A stretch of DNA of 64,000 nt from NCBI GenBank assembly GCA_965226795.1, contig CBDDDZ010000005.1, positions 288,001 to 352,000 on the forward strand, in the 5' to 3' direction. A model generated the notes under the pieces. It had not been told where the DNA came from. It did not search any database and saw only the letters and a program-made list of their open reading frames with translations. Made by a program: the position numbers and the translations under genes. The DNA is from Candidatus Latescibacterota bacterium (GTDB lineage Bacteria > Latescibacterota > UBA2968 > GCA-2709665). Shown here in pieces: positions 60,318-64,000 of this stretch; position 1 is the first letter of the stretch; every line of letters begins with the position of its first letter.

Positions 60318-60600
60318 CGCGGCTCTGCATTATCTGCTTCACACCAGGCATCATTTCCTCAACAGGTTTGCCTGTGAGTTCCAGGTACAGGGCATCGGCG
60401 CAGAGGTCGATGTCATCGTCCCAGGCTATGGCTCTGTGGGGAGTTATATGCACTCTCTCGAAATATCCCGGCTCGTCCCAAATTTTGAAAACGCCCTTTC
60501 CGGCCAGGTGCGACAGGTCAATCTCACCGGCGACGCCATCTGCATATCGAAGCCAGATGCGGTAGCCGGCTCGTGGATGTACTTCGGTTGGTCGAATCAT
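60310..60600 (-). CDS. DUF2442-family protein (putative TA component)
   Basis: GAGGAGG RBS, YRIWLRYADG..GEIDL, F..V......IAW...DLCADALY. Confidence 0.88.
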   Translation of the reverse strand: MIRPTEVHPRAGYRIWLRYADGVAGEIDLSHLAGKGVFKIWDEPGYFERVHITPHRAIAWDDDIDLCADALYLELTGKPVEEMMPGVKQIMQSRDA

Positions 60601-60699
60601 TGTAATGCCTCCTCTATCGTCAATATGGTCTATTATTGACTGTCTTATCGGATCAATCTCGATCTGCGTCCCGTGCGACGCCGTTACGCACAGGCCTCC

Positions 60700-60850
60700 C
60701 TCTTTGCAGCGCCTCGACTGGGCGCCTGCGGGTGGTCTGCATATTACTGTGATGGCGTGGACGTGGTTGGATATCACAACAAATCCGTGACGTCGGTTTC
60801 GATGACCGTAGTCGTGGTTTTGTAGGGGTGGTTCGCGAACCGCCCCTACA
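60700..60850 (-). mobile_element. RAYT/TnpA(Y1) transposase remnant with adjacent GTAG REP
   Basis: GFVVISNHVHAITVI (60741-60786) resembles the FVVMPNHxHxI HUH motif. Near-perfect palindrome TGTAGGGGTGGTTCGCGAACCGCCCCTACA at 60821-60850. Confidence 0.6.
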
Positions 60851-60853
60851 AGA

Positions 60854-61018
60854 TTACAGGTGGTTCCGCTTCCGGTCGAGCACGACCTGTCCATAGTCCT
60901 CTCGCTCGGCATTCGGTATATCCGGCGCGATATCCGGACTGTGCAGAACCTGCCATCCGAGTCCAGAAAGCCACTCAAGGGCTGCCTGCTCAACGTCGGC
61001 TTCGAGGAGGGTGGTCAT
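60854..61018 (-). pseudogene. hsdR: Second, truncated hsdR 5' end
   Basis: [43 protein letters not shown], colinear with the start of hsdR at 58960. Confidence 0.88.
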
Positions 61019-61047
61019 GGTCTGACTACCTTGCTGCAAATGGTTGA

Positions 61048-62643
61048 TTAATCAAACCCTTGTTCCGTCACTAACATAACCATAAACCCATTCTTGCCCC
61101 CAAACCCTTTACCGCCGCCCATGTTCCAGCCAAAGTTTCCGGTGTTTCCAACCCGCCCTTGAAAAACAGGAATCTTGCTCTGAGAATGAGCACGAGTAGT
61201 CTGGATTTCTAAACGATCAACGGAACCGTCGTGACACTTAATGAAGCGGCACTGATGTCCATTTGTTCCTATCGCACTTATTAAATCTTCTAATGTGCGT
61301 CGATTTTGGCTGGGACCATGCGCGGTCACTTCATGTTGCTCTGCCAGCCTGTAACACTCAAGTGCTTCGTTGAAGAGTCCAATCATCACCAGAGTGTTTC
61401 CTTTATTGAAGAATGTCCTTCCTGAGTTCTTTTCGTCCGCTCGTAACGACAGTGCCTTATCGTAGTCGTTGATGGCCTCGCCACTCTGGCCTAGGTCAAG
61501 GTACACGTTTCCACGATTGAAAAACGCTACCTCCTTGTCAAGAGAAATGGCCGCCTTCAATTGGACCGCTTTGCCGTAATAGCTCAACGCGGCGTCGTAT
61601 TCGCACAATTCGGCCATCGCGTTGCCGCAATTGAAATAAGCCATAAAAAGCATCAAGCTTCGTACAGGATTGTCCTCTGCGGTTTCAATACCGAACAAAA
61701 CTTGGTCTCTATGTGCAATTGCCTGTTCGTAGTCTTGCACAGCTTCACGAAAAAGCGTTGATGCGGACTTTGCATTCCCACGCAAAAAGTAGAACTCCCC
61801 TACGTTTGGAACAAGGTCTATGCATCTATCATAGGTGGCAATCGCATGCCCATAATTGCCTACTTGGTAGTGCTGGTTCCCTTGGACAAAATAGAACTTA
61901 GGATTCTTGACCCGAACAGTGGACGCCACTCCTTCCGAACCAGAAAATCCATAAATGTCGGGGAAGAGGAATGCCTGACTGATGTCGAGCAACGCCAGTT
62001 CCTCAATGAGCGACGCCTTGTCGTCCTTTGAGATTTCTATTTCTTGAATGATGTGGCTGTCCTTTGGCACCAAAGGTCGCCCGATCACAAAAACGCCACG
62101 CTGTCTAAGTATCCGGGGCATCGCATCACCGCTCCACATTGGCTCCCAATAGAGCATTCTCGGCGCATTGTCCGCACGGGTAAACACCGCTTCGATGGTT
62201 TGCAACTCTGGATCGTTTGGCACCTTGGCAACTTGAATGGTGTCATTTGCATTCAAGACAAAAAGCTTCCCATCAAAATCAGATTCACTACAGGCAAACC
62301 AGAGAGCGGTCAAAGGACTCCACGTGAAGTCCAGCAATCCTGTAGCTGCATTGAAATGTTGAAGTTTGGCGAGAAGCTGTAGATCGGTAACGTGGTGCCC
62401 GGTCTCGACTCCGAAACCACGGGTGCGTGCAGCCTCTACGAGGGTGTCGCGGTGATAGTCGATGTAGATGTTGCTGAAATGGGGATTGTTCCAGGCATCA
62501 TCCCCTAAACTCTCAATCAGGCGACGAGTCGCTGCTGAACGTAGCGGCCACTCCGCTCTTGCTTGGCCTCGATACGCGTAGATCCCCGGTCTGGAAGTGG
62601 CTTGTCGTATTTCTTGCAGGTACTTCTCAAGTACGGAAGCCAT
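61048..62643 (-). CDS. FRG-domain protein with TPR repeats and Gly-rich C-terminus
   Basis: YRGQ, LQHF..TGLLDFT..PL.AL.FA, RI..Q.G.F, LFPDI.G (FRG domain). Several YF.RGN..A..DY..A TPR units. Confidence 0.85.
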   Translation of the reverse strand: MASVLEKYLQEIRQATSRPGIYAYRGQARAEWPLRSAATRRLIESLGDDAWNNPHFSNIYIDYHRDTLVEAARTRGFGVETGHHVTDLQLLAKLQHFNAATGLLDFTWSPLTALWFACSESDFDGKLFVLNANDTIQVAKVPNDPELQTIEAVFTRADNAPRMLYWEPMWSGDAMPRILRQRGVFVIGRPLVPKDSHIIQEIEISKDDKASLIEELALLDISQAFLFPDIYGFSGSEGVASTVRVKNPKFYFVQGNQHYQVGNYGHAIATYDRCIDLVPNVGEFYFLRGNAKSASTLFREAVQDYEQAIAHRDQVLFGIETAEDNPVRSLMLFMAYFNCGNAMAELCEYDAALSYYGKAVQLKAAISLDKEVAFFNRGNVYLDLGQSGEAINDYDKALSLRADEKNSGRTFFNKGNTLVMIGLFNEALECYRLAEQHEVTAHGPSQNRRTLEDLISAIGTNGHQCRFIKCHDGSVDRLEIQTTRAHSQSKIPVFQGRVGNTGNFGWNMGGGKGFGGKNGFMVMLVTEQGFD

Positions 62644-63566
62644 TAGTCTTTACCCTTCAGGTTTACAGGAGACCGACACTTCAATCTACATCTCCCCGAA
62701 TCTTGATTCGCTATAGCCAACTGTTTGCGGCTGAGGTAACTCGCGAATGACGCACAGGCTCCAAGCATGAAGACCGCCTCCTCTTGCCCGACGTTGGATT
62801 TATCATCGTCTAATAACGCGTGGCGGATTCCTTGTTCATCGTTCGTGTACCCATAGATTCTGTTGAAACCCTCACGCAGGGCCTTATATTCCAATAGGCC
62901 TTTCTTTCCCAACACACTCAGCGCTTCACCCAAAGTCTTTGCCTTCGGAGCTATCAATCGGGCGACGGATTCCACCGAGTGGATACTCTCTCGTACCGCC
63001 CCGGCCCAATCCTTTTGGTTAATATGCGAAGACGCCATTTGCAGATGTTGGCGAGGTGCGGTAAGTCCGGCAGACCGAAGGTGCGACAAAGAGTCGATAA
63101 TGTTTGTGCCTTCTTCAGGCGTCGTTGATGGATAAATGGCTGGTGGAGGTCCTTCATCGACAAGATAAGCCAGCTTGCAATTTTGAAATACCTCAGAAAT
63201 CTGAGCGATTGTAGCCCGAGGGCATTCTTTGTGGCGCATTACCGCCAACAGCAAATCGAATACCCTATTGAAGGGCTCATTCTGGATGAAGTCTTGGATG
63301 GGTCGATCAAATAATCTTTGAACGTCAGCATATTCGATTACTTCTGAGGTCATGGGCATGCTAAGGAAATGTGAGTAAATATACGAGAAGATCTCTTGCC
63401 ACGGGTGCGTATAGTGACCGAATCGGTCTATACTTGGGGAAACCAATACATTCCATAACCGCACCCGTGCGTCTCCGCTTAGCTCCTCAAGTTTAAGCTG
63501 TTGAGGCAAAGCCTCATAGCCATGGGCTCGAGAAAACGACAACAATCGAGGGTCAACTGTACTCAT
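62643..63566 (-). CDS. AbiJ-NTD4-like protein with HEPN-like C-terminal domain
   Basis: FSRAHGY..Q.KLEE....R.RLWN N-terminus. C-terminus AVRESI..VES..TLG.AL..YGYT.DE.GIRHAL..A.FML..CA.F..YL. TAATG overlap with the FRG gene. Confidence 0.75.
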   Translation of the reverse strand: MSTVDPRLLSFSRAHGYEALPQQLKLEELSGDARVRLWNVLVSPSIDRFGHYTHPWQEIFSYIYSHFLSMPMTSEVIEYADVQRLFDRPIQDFIQNEPFNRVFDLLLAVMRHKECPRATIAQISEVFQNCKLAYLVDEGPPPAIYPSTTPEEGTNIIDSLSHLRSAGLTAPRQHLQMASSHINQKDWAGAVRESIHSVESVARLIAPKAKTLGEALSVLGKKGLLEYKALREGFNRIYGYTNDEQGIRHALLDDDKSNVGQEEAVFMLGACASFASYLSRKQLAIANQDSGRCRLKCRSPVNLKGKD

Positions 63567-63615
63567 TGCCTTTAACTCTTCCTTTCCGCACGTGATATTT
63601 TTAGACGCAATCTAC

Positions 63616-63999
63616 TTAACCAATCCCCAACTCTCCTGTAACCAACTTCGGCAGAAGCGCGTCGCGCAGAGCGGTGAGGGTTCGAGATTCTTGCCGATTG
63701 TTCAAGACGCGGCGCAAGACTCTGGATGCGGTCAATCCGAATGCTTCAGCAATCTCCTTGGTCGGCAGTACAGTGTCAATAGAGAGCACTGCATTTGCCG
63801 GTGCCCTCTGGTGACTCTTAGAAGTACCTGTGACGAGGGATTTCATCTGCTCGCGGAAAAGAGGTGAACGCGCGAAGCAGTATACGTAACTCCGAGCAAA
63901 TGGTGGGTTAGCCCGCAAAACCAAGAACTCGGTCGAGCAAATCGCTCTCTCGCATGGTAATATATCCGTTAACCACACCCGCTCAATCTCAGGGTTGAG
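63616..63999 (-). CDS. hsdS: Type I restriction-modification specificity subunit, 3' part (partial)
   Basis: STEFLVL, TGTS.SHQR, ESRTLTALRDALLPKLVTGEL C-terminal helix. Confidence 0.9.
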   Translation of the reverse strand, partial: LNPEIERVWLTDILPCERAICSTEFLVLRANPPFARSYVYCFARSPLFREQMKSLVTGTSKSHQRAPANAVLSIDTVLPTKEIAEAFGLTASRVLRRVLNNRQESRTLTALRDALLPKLVTGELGIG

Positions 64000-64000
64000 T

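Noticed and set aside
60601..60993. N-terminal extension of DUF2442 as a 227-aa fusion
   Set aside because: A strong RBS precedes ATG 60600. The upstream frame is a patchwork of off-frame hsdR, REP and RAYT remnant.

Overview
GC-rich bacterial genomic window with no rRNA, tRNA or CRISPR array visible. The secreted WD40 proteins with dockerin-like EF-hand tails, PhyH dioxygenases, PQQ-like propellers and many REP-like repeats suggest a Latescibacterota/Gemmatimonadota/Poribacteria-like lineage, possibly a sponge symbiont (inference only). Four zones. (1) 1-24.4 kb: a co-directional operon with tailoring enzymes but no scaffold synthase. It encodes a GriC/EhpF-like adenylating enzyme, a GriD/EhpG-like reductase, an Fe-ADH, a HemN-like radical SAM, a PaaK-like CoA ligase, a flavin-dependent halogenase-like protein, a GT4 and a thioesterase, together with three PQQ-like beta-propellers, a TonB receptor, EamA-like and LolD/FtsX-like exporters, and a TAXI-TRAP transporter. 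(2) 24.3-34.6 kb: a TA module and metabolic genes interspersed with several repeat families, including four diverged copies of a covarying structured element that may be an undescribed ncRNA or MITE. (3) 35-52.9 kb: a tandem array of five secreted WD40/dockerin-like proteins. Two carry metzincin protease and Ig-like domains, one is interrupted by an IS1380 internal fragment and one has a scrambled 3' end. (4) 53-64 kb: a defence island with a type I RM locus (partial hsdS, frameshifted hsdR). It carries AbiJ-NTD4/HEPN-like and FRG-TPR genes, and a block of TA modules plus a RAYT remnant bracketed by two versions of the hsdR 5' end. Some clustered frameshifts may be sequencing or assembly errors. 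All family assignments are by motif recognition, without database searches.
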